Assembly: GCA_963514005.1 (NCBI GenBank)
Contig: OY740800.1
Coordinates: forward strand, 41,540,001-41,604,000
Reading direction: 5' to 3'
Length of the DNA: 64,000 nucleotides
Source of the DNA: Raja brachyura
Lineage: Eukaryota
In this document: piece by piece, positions 38,220 through 51,800 of the stretch
How the letters are laid out: every line of letters starts with the position of its first letter
Position numbering within the stretch: position 1 is the first letter of the stretch
Made by a program: the position numbers and the translations under genes
Notes under the pieces: model-generated
The model's database searches: none
Seen by the model: only the letters and a program-made list of their open reading frames with translations
What the model was told of the DNA's origin: nothing

Positions 38220-38835
38220 CCCTCATGACGGTAAGCATGCCAGCACACAGCAGAACACGCACACACCTCCACAACCACTCTGTTCAGTACAGACCCCGGA
38301 AATGGTGCTTCAGCACGGCAATGACCCCTCTGGTGTTTCACATGTCCATGAATGAATGTATCTTGCACACTCGTGTGGTCAACAGTTAGCCCTTGCTATT
38401 GGAGCTGTGATCGCGATTCATTACCAGCTGGATGCCAAGAGTAGTTTTCAATTGGGACAGTGTTGATATACGCCTCAAAAATGACAATGATGCCCTGCAC
38501 CATGGGGATGCTTGCAGTCCTTAGAAAATTGAATGCTCTCACTGATGTCCCTGGCAAGGGGGAATGAAATATAATTGGCTCAGTTTCAACTCAGTCTCAG
38601 TATTAACTTCCCTCATGCAATAGTAGCAAGGGAGTGCAGGATTTTGGAAGTGTGGGATTTTGCAAATACCTTCAGGTCCTGCACAAAAGGAACTAGATAT
38701 ATAAAAGGCACAATCATCCTGACATGCGGTATCTAGGCAGCAGGAAGTATCATAATTCAGAGATAGTGTCCCCATGATCCTGATCAGATTCTGATCAGAG
38801 TAATGCTCCCTGAACATCTGGGCAGGCAGCAACTT
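38220..38835 (-). pseudogene. Decayed PIF/Harbinger (HARBI1-like) transposase
   Basis: Collinear relics across frames: AFYISSSFCAGPEGICKI (cf. NFYASGSFQ..GDIC.I), CMREV, RAFNFLRTASIPMVQGII (cf. RGFARIAGFP.VQGAID), TRGVIAVLKHHFRGL (cf. TR.VIE..IGVLK.RFRCL), CCVL. Confidence 0.7.
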
Positions 38836-39067
38836 TCTCTCCTTCTACAAACTTCCATTAATTTGCTCTGCTCTGCAATTTTATCTTCCAATTCATCCAT
38901 ATATGGGAGTAACTCGTTTTCACAAATGAAGTCAACAAAAAGTCATTCAGCACCTTCCACTCCACCCCCAGTTTACTTCTGCAGCCTAAAACAACTATAA
39001 AAAGCATCAACCACGTGTATAAATGTAGCAACACTCAGTTTATCAACCAAAAACTAATATGCAGGAG

Positions 39068-39192
39068 TGAAGAAGGAACTGCACATTCTGGTTTAAACCA
39101 AAGATAGACACAAAAAGCTGGAGTAACTCAGCGGGACAGGCAGCATCTCTGGATAAAAGTAATGGGTGACGTTTCGGGTCGAGACCCGTCTT
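39068..39192 (-). mobile_element. Penelope-derived repeat (hammerhead-core family)
   Basis: ggtgacgtttcgggtcgagacccgtctt plus the full family tail. The core is truncated at its 5' side. Confidence 0.85.
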
Positions 39193-40009
39193 GGTGATCT
39201 CTTTAAATAACATAATTGGGGTTCCTTCTCCCTGCTGATTATGTATTTGAGAGTGCATGTGTAATAAAGGCATTTGTTGGACTGCTACACTTCAAAATGG
39301 CAGTGGCAGCATCTTTTCAGCATGGCACCCCAGCCAAAATCATGAGTCTCTGCATGGCTAGTGGACAATCAGTGCGCATCCCACTAATATTGATAAAGTA
39401 TTCAGTACAACTCAGGCCATGAATGCACATTTACCTCTGTATCACAGTAATGTATTGACACCCAAAGCCACTTGTGGTGGCAAAAGATAAGCTTTCACAT
39501 CTCATTTATACCTATTCACCACCCTGCCAGTGCCCCTTGCCATTTACAACATGTAACCATAATTCTGAACATTCATTGTCAGACAATAGTGGCCTATTCA
39601 CCTTGCAGAAGTCAATAAAAAAGAACAATTCAACAAAGTCCAAGAAGGCTATTCCAATACTGTAGCTCTTTTGCCCAGAGATGAAAATCAAATTTCATCT
39701 CAGCGACATCTCCTTTATTAAATGCAGAATCTCCTTGAGGACAGTGAAGAGTAAATAAGGATTGTACTAGGGTATGCTTGCAAACATGATTATAGCACAA
39801 ATTATGCTTTAATGTGAATGAATTGACGGATTACATGTTACTTTTAGCTGGTAAGATTCAAATTTCCCAGCGTGATCTCAACAACATTATATTTGTTAAC
39901 TAGATTCTCATGATAACAGTCCAATTCTAAGTTTACTTTTTGTAGCTTCAAGCCCCATTCCAATACTTGAATGCATTATCGCAGCTAACAATTCAATGGT
40001 TGTTATATT

Positions 40010-40375
40010 AGAGTTATAGTTTCATACAGCATGGAAACAGGCCCATTGGCCCAACCTGTCCATGTCTATTTAGCAGTCAGGTGATATGGGGAGAAGGCAG
40101 GGTACTGATTGGGGATGATCAGCCATGATCACATTGAATGGCGGTGCTGGCTCGAAGGGCCGAATGGCCTACTCCTGCACCTATTGTCTATTGTCCAAAC
40201 AAGATGCCCCATCTGCACTAGTCCCACGTGCCAGCATTTGGCTCGTATATCTCAAAACCTTTCCTATCCATGTACCGGTCCAATGTCTTTTAAAAACATT
40301 GTTATTGTACTTAACTACCTCCTCTGGCTATCATTTCATATACCCACCCACCCTCTGTGTGAGATGCCCCTCAGC
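40010..40375 (-). mobile_element. CR1 3' end with an oppositely oriented CR1 tail nested at ~40075-40195
   Basis: catacagcatggaaacaggcc... resumes after the inserted ggggagaaggcagg...gaagggccgaatggcctactcctgcacctattgtctattgtc. Confidence 0.8.
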
Positions 40376-40429
40376 TTGCTATGAAATTGTAATGTCAAAT
40401 ACAATTCCCACTACATTGTTAAAAGTTCC

Positions 40430-41090
40430 ATATTTTAGACGAGAGGCTAAAGTGAGGCCTGCTGACTGCTAGGATGTGCATTGGAAGATCTATACAATGA
40501 TCCAAGTTACAGCAGGGAATACTGTTGCTGTTCTAGACCACATTTTTTGGTCAACAAACGCCAGTGAAAACTTACAATATATACTAGTTATGAAACATTA
40601 CTGTGTACAAACTGGCCGCAGCATTTACTTTTTGTATACTTTTTATACTTAATTGTATATATGAATGCACATAAAATACAATGTGCATTACGTCAATAAA
40701 GGACCTGTCCCACTTACGTGCTTTTTCGGCGACTTGCTGGCACCCGTCATAGTCGCAGCAGGTCGCCGAAAATATTCAAAATGGTGAAAATCCAGCGGCG
40801 ACCAGAAAAAGGTACAACACTTTGGGCGACTACTCACGACCAAACAGGCGTCACGTGTCGACATGTCGCGGGGTGTCGCCTGTATGGTCGTGAGTAGTCA
40901 CCTAAAGAGTCGTACCTTTTTCTAGTCGCCGCTAGATTTTCAACATTTTGAAAATTTTCGGCAACCTGCTGCAACTATGATGTGTGCCGGCAGTCGCCGA
41001 AAATATTGCGTAGGTGGGACAGGCTCTTTATGTCAGCATTTTGAGATGAGGTAATATGTAAATACAAATCACTTTCCTTCTACAAATGCC
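40430..41090 (+). mobile_element. Ancient Deu-domain SINE relic (SacSINE1/AmnSINE1-like), split by a MITE
   Basis: Collinear resemblance to the Deu core and tail as I recall it (gagaggctaaagtgaggcc...cagcaggga...ctgtgtacaaactggccgcagcattt...atgtaaatacaa). Heavily diverged. Confidence 0.5.
40700..41027. mobile_element. Palindromic PIF/Harbinger-type MITE
   Basis: TIR cctgtcccac / gtgggacagg. Almost the whole 328 bp folds back on itself. Flanked by TAA/TTA. Confidence 0.9.
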
Positions 41091-44000
41091 TAAAACAGAT
41101 AAGTAAGGAACATATATTTCAGTCTAGCTTCCTAAAAAGACAAATCCAGAATAATCTAATTTGTTGGTTACAATGATCAGCATAACGTGGATCCTTTGTA
41201 CTATATGTACATATGAGAATACTTAATTCACACAAACAAAATGCTTCCAGCTCATTATTAAATTTTCCAAGTATTCTAGAAATAACATTATTTCATACTT
41301 GTTTTATATACCCTGATTCCAGATTCAAATGTTTTCTTTATAATTTATAGGCATGCAAGGCATACATTTCTGAATGAATAAAACTGAATAATCCGCAGAC
41401 CATCACATTATTTCCATCATTTAGATACATAAATGAACATATAGAACATGATTTCTGTGCAGAAGTATTTCAGCAATTATATATTAAGCACTGGTGAAGC
41501 AATCACAAGCGTTTGCTACATTTCGTCCATGTTTCAAGGATTTGACCCGCTAACTAACTAGAAATTACATATTTTACAAAAGCAGATTAGCCATTCACCC
41601 TTACCTTTTCACCATCAACCTCAAAAAAGCAAATTATATTTTTGTGCTGCATTCAATCCCCAAATTTCAGCAATAATGCAACCTTTAACTGGCTTGTACA
41701 TAACATGCTGTCTGACAGATTGTACTGTTTGTATTCTCTTTTCCCTACCCAATCTCTGAGCGTGCGCATGACATAATCCCTCCTGGTCAGTAAGATGAGA
41801 TAGTCCGGCCTGTTTATATCACTGCGGGCTGTCAAATTGTCAATTATTGGTTCTTTGCCAAGGGCATCGTGACAGATATTAAAAACTAAAAATTGAAAAA
41901 AAAAATACAAGACACTAGTTAGTCTAATTATTTTTACTTTGTTCAATTCACAATCTTGAAAAGATTATTGAATCAGTTGTTATAATTTAATTTCCATTTA
42001 TATTTACAATGCCCTGATTGCAACATCAAGTCTGACAAGAGCGGATTTACCCCTGGTCTTCACAGAAATGTTGCGTTTCTTCATTTTACAAAACACATGT
42101 AGGCAATGATTCAGTTAGCCAGCAATCCCCCCACCCTGCCACCAGCATCATGGTTATAATTAAAATGACAGTGCAAAAACTAAACTTCACTAATGCACTT
42201 TCCAGCAAACAGATTTTCCTGCTGAAAAACAGCTAATTTCTTTGAAAATAAATCCATAACACAGTGCACCATCACTCTTGGTTACCACCATCTAAAGAGG
42301 GTGAGGTCTGCATAATAACCCAACAATTATTCACAGGTACAAAACAGAAAAAGTAGGCTGCTGAATTATATTTTTTCACTTAGAAGCTGATAATTCCAGT
42401 CAAACCTCAGCTCCAGTTATTATGTTACAGTCTCTATAGGAATTTTACATTTCTTCCACATTAATAGAATGGTCCCATTCCACAATATAATGAAGGACAA
42501 TGTCCAGCTCTCTTGCCATATCGGATCACTTTGCACAGTATCAAAATATATTTTCTCTTCTCCCATTCCAAAATGGAAGATCGTCGGTATTGGAATGGCT
42601 TCACAATAGTGGCAGTGTTATTCCTCTGCCACCTACTACAAATGAAGTGTTAGGCTAAGCCTAAACAACAAGTATTGTTAGAAAAATCTCATCTCACATG
42701 AGCCCTGTAATAACTGTTTCCAGAGATACAAATAACTGAGCGTTCTTTTATTTTTCAAGCTTGTGTTAATCACTACCAAAGCCAATCGCTACACAACCTA
42801 ACTATTGGAATTTCACTGTACAGGTTTGTCTGTTAGACTTCTCCTTCTTCTTGTCTATTAGGTCATTTTCTTCATTTCTAAAATATACTTTAAACAACTG
42901 GTGCCAGTGGGCTTTTCTCTTACCAATTGCCAGAGAAAGACCATTTCAAAGAGTAGCATATTGCATCATGCAGAATTTAAAATAAGTGTTGAGAACAAGC
43001 AGCTAAATAAAAGTAGCCTGTAAAACAAACATCGAAAGAGACTGCTAAAGAAATTGGCATTTATTTTCAAATTAGTTACTGTCCATAACTTGCAATTAAC
43101 AAAATGGTTACTTAATAAAAATGATAAAGGAAAATAAACCATATTTAGAAAATAAAATACTTGAACTTGGACGTATCCGCATTTCCTGATTCAAGATAAC
43201 ATGGCATTTTATGGGGTATCGCATATTTGCGTGATAATAGTCCATTTTGAGTGGATTAGTTCAATTTGCTGACGATCAGGAGGTTTACATTAGCATTAAT
43301 GAAAGTGTGCTCTTAGTAAGCTAGACGTCAGTGTACAAAGTATTTTTTGATGAAAACATGCAAGCGCTTAATGAATAAATAACCAAGTGCAAAATACAGG
43401 TACAAGAGGCAGAGATAGATTGACACGCACGCATAAAGGCATATACAAAAGATATGTACCAGGGAAGTTCAAGCCTTGCTGACGTATATGCAATTGAATC
43501 GAACTTTAAAAACTGTACACAACTACTCGCTCTTTATACAGTCAACTAAAAAAAAATTTAAAAAATAACACCTAGTGATATCTATCTTTCAGCAAGGCAA
43601 ATGTTAGTTTAGTAGATACCATTACAATAAATAGTTGCCACATTCACTCCTAGTGCCCACAAAAAACTGACATCTGAGAATGACAATATCTGTTTAGAAA
43701 GTCGAAGATAATCGTAGTTAAATATAAGCACTAACTCTCAGGTTTTGTTCACACATTCTTCAAAATGAGCTAATAATGTTCAAACGCCATGCTTAAATAG
43801 TCACTGAATAGAACATTTTGACTGGGAGCATTCTGATCCATGATTTTAAAAAAAAGCATACAAAAACGATTCGGAGCTATATAAAGCCAATTGGTAATGT
43901 CTTTGAGCAGAATGTTATGCCATTATAAGAAGTAACCCAATGCATGGAAACAATGGATGATTGCGGTCAAGCTAACACGAGAGGACGAAATCCGCCGCGA

Positions 44001-44919
44001 GACACTACTAATCTGACCAATTCAATGCACCTATAAGTCGGCAGGTTTAGATCATGATTCTGCTTTATAAGAAGTAATCATCATTACCAATTATAAGGAT
44101 TTTAGTTAAATGTTATGTAATCAGCTAACTTGCAGACACTGGATTGGACTGACCATGTGTCTCAGATGACCCGAGTCATCGCTTAGTCAATCAAATTTTT
44201 CAAAAAATTAATAGAACAAGTTTGGAAACACATACGTAACCGAAGAAATTCAATAGAAAACAAATGTTCTTTTTTCTATTTTTAGATATTGTTATTCAGA
44301 TTCCACAGAAAAAAATATTAAATGTATACTGCACCTAGAAACGGAATATCCAAGAGCTATACCTCAAGATTTGTCATTGGTAGATTTGAGTAGTACAGGG
44401 TTAATTAAAAATTAAGAAAAAGATGCAAACGGTCCAAGTATATACAAGGTTGTTTCACTACTCCAGCACATTCAAGTAATTGTGCACACAAATAATCATT
44501 CCTAAAAATCACTGTTTCTCAAATAAATCCACAGTAAAAATACAGTAAGAAAGTGACAGGATAAAAACAGAATTGTTGATTTTTACAATTACAAAAAAAT
44601 GCAGAAGCCAGAATTACTTTATACAGTATGCGCGCCAAAATCAGACGACACAACAACAGGCATTTCTAAAAGCTCATTCAATACAGTCCATCCAAACAAA
44701 GCATACAATTATACCAACTTTAGTACCTAAACAAAACGAAACAAAAACTGCAAGAAAAACTCAAATGAAGAGGATAGGCAGTGATCTACTAAGGGTTATA
44801 CGCATACGCCAATGTCAAATTTGCGGAATGCACTTCGGTGCATAAGGTTCATGAAAAATACTTTTGGGGAACGGCAGAGCCATTTTCATACTCCCGCTTT
44901 AACCCCTAACATTAAATAT

Positions 44920-47270
44920 TCACTCACCCTCACAGAAAGACGTTTGATCCATTGTGTGTATTGAAAATAATCATTAAAGCAAACCCAAAAAAACAAAACA
45001 AATCAGCTCTTATTTTCTCTGCTGTTTCACGCTGCCCCATATTCCTGCGCCAGTAAAGGGTGGTAACCAACAGAGACACTGCATTATAACCCAGGAAGAA
45101 AGACTGGCATTGGTCCTAGAACATGTGCACTCGAAAATAAAAGACCTAGGAAACAAACCTTCGCTCATCAGCGAACTGCAACTTCACTGTACTAAACAAC
45201 CACTTTAAAGCCAAAATGGGAAAAATACAAAAAATTTTGGCATAAAGCTGAGAAACAAACAAAATTAAGCACGAAAGATGGAAACTACAGCAGGCGCTGC
45301 CATCTTTCGAAAGTGAGGCAGCAGCAATTTTCATACACATTGTTTGCAAATATGAACTTAGTTGGCTATGGCATTCATATTAGTTTAAGAAACTGAAAAT
45401 ACAGCCCATCATTACAGTATTGCATTAAAAGAGCAGTGGATGAGAATGCGNNNNNNNNNNNNNNNNNNNNNNNNNNNNNNNNNNNNNNNNNNNNNNNNNN
45501 NNNNNNNNNNNNNNNNNNNNNNNNNNNNNNNNNNNNNNNNNNNNNNNNNNNNNNNNNNNNNNNNNNNNNNNNNNNNNNNNNNNNNNNNNNNNNNNNNNNN
45601 NNNNNNNNNNNNNNNNNNNNNNNNNNNNNNNNNNNNNNNNNNNCAACGCAAGACCGTGAGAGAGAGAAAGAAAAAGAGAGGGAGAGAGGGAGATGCTTAC
45701 CCCCAAAAAGTATAAGAAATCGTCAGGGACAGACATGGGAAAGCATTCACCTTGTATCTTGCCATCCTGTAATGCAGACAAGAAAACAGTCAGCTCCATT
45801 TTTACAAGTACTTACAGGCCTGAGTAATGGAAGGCGGTCCCTACCTAGCAACCACTTCCAGTTTTCATCTGCAGGCTTTCCCTGCCATCCGTGCCCCCAA
45901 CTCCCGCCCCCCCCCCCCCCCCCCCAACCACCTTCAGTTGCCAGGCTAGTGACAATGGGAGGCTGAAGGGTAGCTGGAAACCAGTGTGTTAAACTCGTCT
46001 GGTAGTTAACAAGTCTTTGAATGAAGAATGTTAGCAAACAGACAAACAGCATGTCTGATGCATGCTAATAACATTGCTGGTCCAGCCTCACAACCAAGCC
46101 TATGAATTATTCAACAGACAGAAGCGACCACCACCGCCCCCACCACCATCCACCCCATCAACATGCTCCCCCCCACCCCACCACTCCACAATTCAAATAC
46201 CAGCAGTGAGGACAAAAGTATCTTCATACATTTTTCAAAAAACAGCTCTGTCTATTTTCCCTTCTTACTTCCAAATTGAAAGTGAAACTAACATGGCTTA
46301 ACTCAAATTATTTATTACTTTCATTCCAGAGTATCATCAATAATCCTTTTCGCACTGATCTGAATATTTTCTTTCACAGCCTATTTTATGTCTTTTGTCT
46401 GAAGTTGGCACCTGTCCCAACCAGCGCTCTGCTGCACACCCTGTTCCCTTCCAATCAGTATTTGGAAAAAAAAAATGAGGACCCAGAAGTGCAGCTATTT
46501 CAACACAGCCATCGGCAGATCCACATCTAACGCTGTCCTTTCATGCACAGATGCGCAGTATAATCAGAAGACCAAGCTGTTTTCCTCTGAGTGGCAGTAT
46601 ACTCTCGTATTTTGTAGCAAGCACCACCATAACCCATGCAGGATTAAGTAGGCACACAGTAAAATTCAATACTCAAATCAGAAAAGATTTATTCATTTAA
46701 ATAACACATTACAGCTGCACTAACCCTCACGTTACTTCACAGAAAGCCAAAAAGAAAGGAAAATATCATTCAACCAAAACAATGTGAACCTCATCTTCTG
46801 CCAACCAGTCACAATAAAGAAACAATAAACAAAAATCCAGTTTGTCGTGAGGAGAAATCTTCTGGTCTGGCAAAGGCTGTCTGAGGGGGAGGCCCTTGCT
46901 ACAGGAACAGAAGCAGTATATGCATAGCACAGTCGCCCTCTCACCAGTGACTGCAACTGTCTATCAAAGAGGAAAGAGCTGTACCGAGAGGCCTGAACTG
47001 ATGATGAAATAGAGGCATGTTCTCTCCCCCAGCACCCCCAACCGCACCCCCCGCCACTCTCCCCCTCCTTCTGCCCCCTGTGTGAGAGCTAGCTACTTTC
47101 ATCACACACAGCCATGAATCGTGCACCAACGATCTTCTGCCTGAGCTGGACCGCACTGCGCCAGCGCACACACTCGCCTCCTTGCAGCCTCCACCCCTCC
47201 TTCCCTCAAACGATTGCACACTCTTTTGAGCAGGTAATGAATTAAGACACGAGACGGATTTCTTCAATCT
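44920..47270 (-). other. Putative alternative 5' exons of an unidentified minus-strand gene
   Basis: Repeat-free and locally GC-richer. Minus-strand donor-like sites: CTG|GTGAGA (46944), CCT|GTAAGT (45815), GGG|GTAAGC (45700), AGG|GTGAGT (44927). No recognisable protein. Confidence 0.4.
45451..45643. other. Assembly gap (N run)
   Basis: 193 N bases. Confidence 1.
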
Positions 47271-47799
47271 TTAAAAAACACATCATTCTCAATGCAGCCT
47301 TACTAATTAACCTTTTACTTTCTCTATAGCTGTACCCACAGCAATCGCAAGAGATAATGCGATATTTTAAAAAACAATTTGGAAAAAGTCCTCGAAGATT
47401 ATATATCAAAGCACATTACTACAAAGCATCGTTATTTAGCCTTGAGAATCAATATAGAAAAGTAAATCCACACTTAATTGAATAATTTTGTTCTCATGTC
47501 TCTGCTCTTAACCAGCTGCTCAACCAAGTTAAAACTGTTCGACCCTTACAACTATCTTGGCATGGAGTCAAAGGCTGATAAGCATTTGGGCGAGACAGCA
47601 ACTGCTGTGCTGGAAGAAAAACAGCTGCCATGATTGCTGTTAGGTTGAAAATGTGCAGAAAGCAAATCTGGCTCTAAATACTGCACATAAAATGCTGCTG
47701 GACTCCACTAATCAGTACATTTTGGAACCTATTTTTCAGATGATTTCAGCAAAGTTTCCATTTTTTGCTATGCTTTTAAACTTTGCCTGTGCAGCGTGC

Positions 47800-48184
47800 T
47801 TCCCTCCCCGCCCGTCCCCTCCCCCCCAACAGTAACCTCAAGCAAACTTAAGGAATCGTGCCAAAAGTCACGTTGCAGCTTTAAATGCATTTGTTGGGAG
47901 TGTCCTAGGATTCGAGCTTCGCTTCGCCAGCTAACTCAAATTATAATTTTAGCTGGCTATCGTGAATTGAAAGTGGTATTTTTCTAAGTAATATTTTTAT
48001 GATCAACATATGGTAGATTACTGTAACTCTATTGTAAAACAACTTCCTGCCCCTTTTGGCACAAGTTCGAGAAGCTGCTCGAATAAGTTCAGAGTACATA
48101 TTCCTACCCCCTTCCACCAGCATCACCCCGCCCACTCTACGCCTGCTGCTGCTGCTGAAAGACCGAGGCAAACTTTTTAACAAA

Positions 48185-48221
<37 letters not shown>

Positions 48222-48800
48222 CCTCTCTCGCTCTGTGCTTGGTAGATTTAGAAAAAGAAGAACAGTTTACATGGACAGCTCTATTGTTGAGCATGTAGCA
48301 GCCGAAGGAAGTCAAAAGTTCAACTCGACAACTTGTGAATCTAAAAAAAGGTGGGGTTTATTTTTGAACGCTAGCTGTGATAGCGCAGTTACGTTTGCTG
48401 GCTTTCACTCCTGCATTCCCGCCCTGGAGACCGTTCCACTCACTCATGGCCTACAGAAAGAAGAGGCACCTCAGACACTTGCTGAATGTCTTCCTTTTAA
48501 AAACTAACCTGCCTCTTTTTCTGACCACAGGGTATTCCATTCAAGGTGGGTCATCAAAGTCCCACTGGTAAAATGGATATCGATTGTGTTCTCACTAGAC
48601 TATATACCACAACAAAGCAAAACACACAGAAAAGGCCTCCACAAGCTCTCTTAGCAACAACATTTCTTGATACGTCTGCTTTGGCATAGATCAGCCTTTT
48701 CTATTTGGCCAAGTATCCTTTGCGTCACATCTCGCCATTTCTTTTGACCAATAGAAAACTTCGTGATGTAAATTTAAAAAAAAAAATTTTGCCCCTCCCT
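47800..48800 (-). promoter_or_regulatory. Putative promoter / first-exon region
   Basis: Dense motif cluster: RFX half-site ttagcaac (48651-48658), ttggccaa (48705-48712), CRE-like tgcgtcac (48721-48728), YY1-like cgccattt (48733-48740), CCAAT (48748-48752), C/EBP-ATF-like tgatgtaa (48764-48771). CpG retention, GC box and (CT)n tract lie downstream on the minus strand. Confidence 0.6.
48186..48229. repeat. (CT)n/(GA)n microsatellite
   Basis: Imperfect ctctct run. Confidence 0.95.
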
Positions 48801-51800
48801 CTCTAATTGATTGTGATAATGTAAAATAATTCAATGAACTTTAACCATAGAGGAACTTAAAAAAAAAAATCAGACACTACTTTCAGTAATGGAACTTTCT
48901 GGGTTAAAAACAAAAAGAAACCTCAGCGCTCAGCCACTCTGGGTGCTGCACCTGAGGAGGGACACGTTTGTTCAAATTCTGCATTGAAAGGAACACATTC
49001 TTCTCCTCCTTTAGCCTGTTAGCTTACTGTAATGAAATCAGGCATCAAAATAGTCTGAAAGCTTTTGAACACTCATTGCCAGAAGTGCAAAGATTGGAAT
49101 TATTCACGTCATGTCAAAGTGCTTGGAAATTTAAATTTCAAATGGGTTATTCTTCCACAGATTAAAGTGCGCTTCGCAGCTCTTATTTTATACTTTTTGA
49201 TATTGACATCTTCTAGAAAATATTATTATATTGAAAAAATATTTTTAAATAGGTCCAGCTAACTTGTTTTATTTAAAAATTACATAATTAATTTCAGATG
49301 ATATAACCCTTATCATGAGTTGAAATTTAACATTTTCTTTAAGATGCCATTTTGGAAAGATTCCAGGTTTGAATAGACCAAATAAACTGTTTTTTTTCAA
49401 CTGCTTTTAAATTCCTTTCATGTAATTACTGTGGAATATCCTTTGACATTTTGGGAATTTGCCGTTTTCTATATTTGTAAATTTAGAAAACTAATTTTAA
49501 GTATAACCAATTGTCCATTCTGGCACATGCATTTATATGTCTCCTAATACATGAATTGTATTTATTTTAAATAAGATTTGCATAAATTCATATTCAAAGG
49601 ATTTACTATAACTGCCTAGAAAATGTTTTAACAGTCTAGAAAGTAGCAATGGTGAAATATGAAAGAAACGTGTCAATTTGCGTGCTGTGGAATATATCTA
49701 AAAATTGCATATTTATTATTCTGTGACACCAAAGTGTTTAGAACAAAATTCTACCCCATACGCCACAACAATTTTCAATCTTTATTCCTAAGGATATGAT
49801 ATTATTGTCAAGAAGACAAATGTCGGCCTGGATTTTCACATTTATCAAAATTTGACTAAAAAAACGTAAATAACAGATTCAAATAATGTATTAATGTATT
49901 CAAAATTTTAAAAAGTAGATGTTATAGAATGAATAGCTGTATAGGCATCTCCTTTGAAATTTCTCCCTTGTCCCTGTTTATTTTTATGCATATTGTAAAT
50001 GAATCAATGTTGCAATATTTCCAATTTCCTGCATTCTGCTCCCTTTATTTCGCCATTAAGAACTGATCCTGAACAGGTTTTCTCTTAGAGATGGTAGGTT
50101 CAATGTATAATTTTGTTTAAAATCTGATCTGAAGATCCTGGTACGAATGATATTTGAATTTTTACTGTATATACACTATTTATTTTGTGAAGTGAAAACT
50201 TGCTTTTTTCCCTCCAGTTCTTCTAGAGAAAATATATTATTATTTTTTGCAATTTATTGTAAATTATTTGTTTTGAGAAACAATGTTTTTTTCTTATTCT
50301 TGAAACGTGAAATCTGCAGCATTGGGCACTGTCAAACTATCCAATGTCAGAAACGAAAGGCACATCTGAATGATAACAGTACTTAAGATTAAAAAATCTC
50401 ATAAACTCAGCCTAAATATGTTCTTCAGAAACTGAAATGCTGCATTTCAAAAAGCAATCACATGGAAAATCACCTAATGATTTAAAAAATATTTTTCCCA
50501 TTCATAATTTAAGACATGACATCTTTAAACTATCTATTAGAGTAGACGCAGTTTTTATTTTCACTTTGGTGAGATCTTTAACAGTACATCTTTAATAAAA
50601 GCTTCCATGGACTATGTTAGATTGTACAATTTTATACAAATTTCACTCATTAAGCATTGAAATGACAAAAGTATCTGATCATGACCAGCAGCATAGCACC
50701 AATTAGCAAATAAGAATAATTTGTGAAAAATGTATATATTTCTTCTTTAACAGTTTTCTGCACTACATTTATATTAAAAGCTCATACTTATTGGTGCTCC
50801 TGCATTTAATTGTTGAAAAATCGTGACTTTGCTTAGGCCATACAAACCCTCAGAGTACTATTTTTTTTAAAAAGCTAAGTAATTTAACCTTTAAATATGC
50901 AATGCAGCACCAATTTTTTGATCGGCAATAGCTCCCACAACAGTTCACAGAAACTCTCTGCTCTTTATGGAATGTTTAAGTTCAATGCACAACCACACAC
51001 TATCTTACGCAAAGATATAAATAACTAAAGTTTGTCAAGAGAATTTCCCTACTCTGAGGGTTAACCTATCTCATGATTTTTTTTCTCTATGTGATGACCT
51101 GCAGGAGGTTCATACCTTTCACCATTCTGTGCGCCAGAGCTACACAGAACATTCTACATTCTTTTATTTCATGCAAAATTTGACTTCAATAAAATCTTAA
51201 CAATGTCACTGGACACACACTAAAGAATCACCGATAAAAAATGCAACTGCACAGTGAATCCAGGATATTTCCAACAATGAATGAATACATTTTTTTAATT
51301 ATTAGTTTGTTGTAATAAAAAAAAGGAATGTTCAGACTATTTAGGCAAATCCATTGTAAATCCATTAATTGATTTAATTTTTCGCAGCTTTATTTTTTCA
51401 AAAATAGCATGATTAAGTCCTGTGGTGCTTTCACACAATGCATACATGGCTACTGATGCTACTATAGCTACTGGACTACTGTACCAGCATAATGGCCAAC
51501 TGAAGTTAGGTGCAGCAACATTTTCTTGACATTTCACACTGGCAAATATGGCACAATTTTCCAAATATGATAAAGGAATTGGCAATGCATGCAAAAATTC
51601 ACATTTGGAATTCACCTTTTTTAAATTAAGGTTTCAATGGAAATCACAGTGCCACAAGTACAATAGCTTAAACTTCAACAAAATGAGGTGTCGTTGGAGT
51701 CTTATTCCCCAGCTCATTCGTAGTAATGCTTAAATTTATAATATAGAAACTTGAATTCTTGTTCTTTTTGCGTAAATTCATACATTTTTTGGGGGGGGGG

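Noticed and set aside
40700-41027. pre-miRNA or structured ncRNA gene
   Set aside because: The hairpin is explained by a palindromic MITE with TIRs shared with other copies.
47800-48800. Assigning a gene symbol to the promoter
   Set aside because: No coding exon is recognisable in the window, so naming the gene would be a guess.
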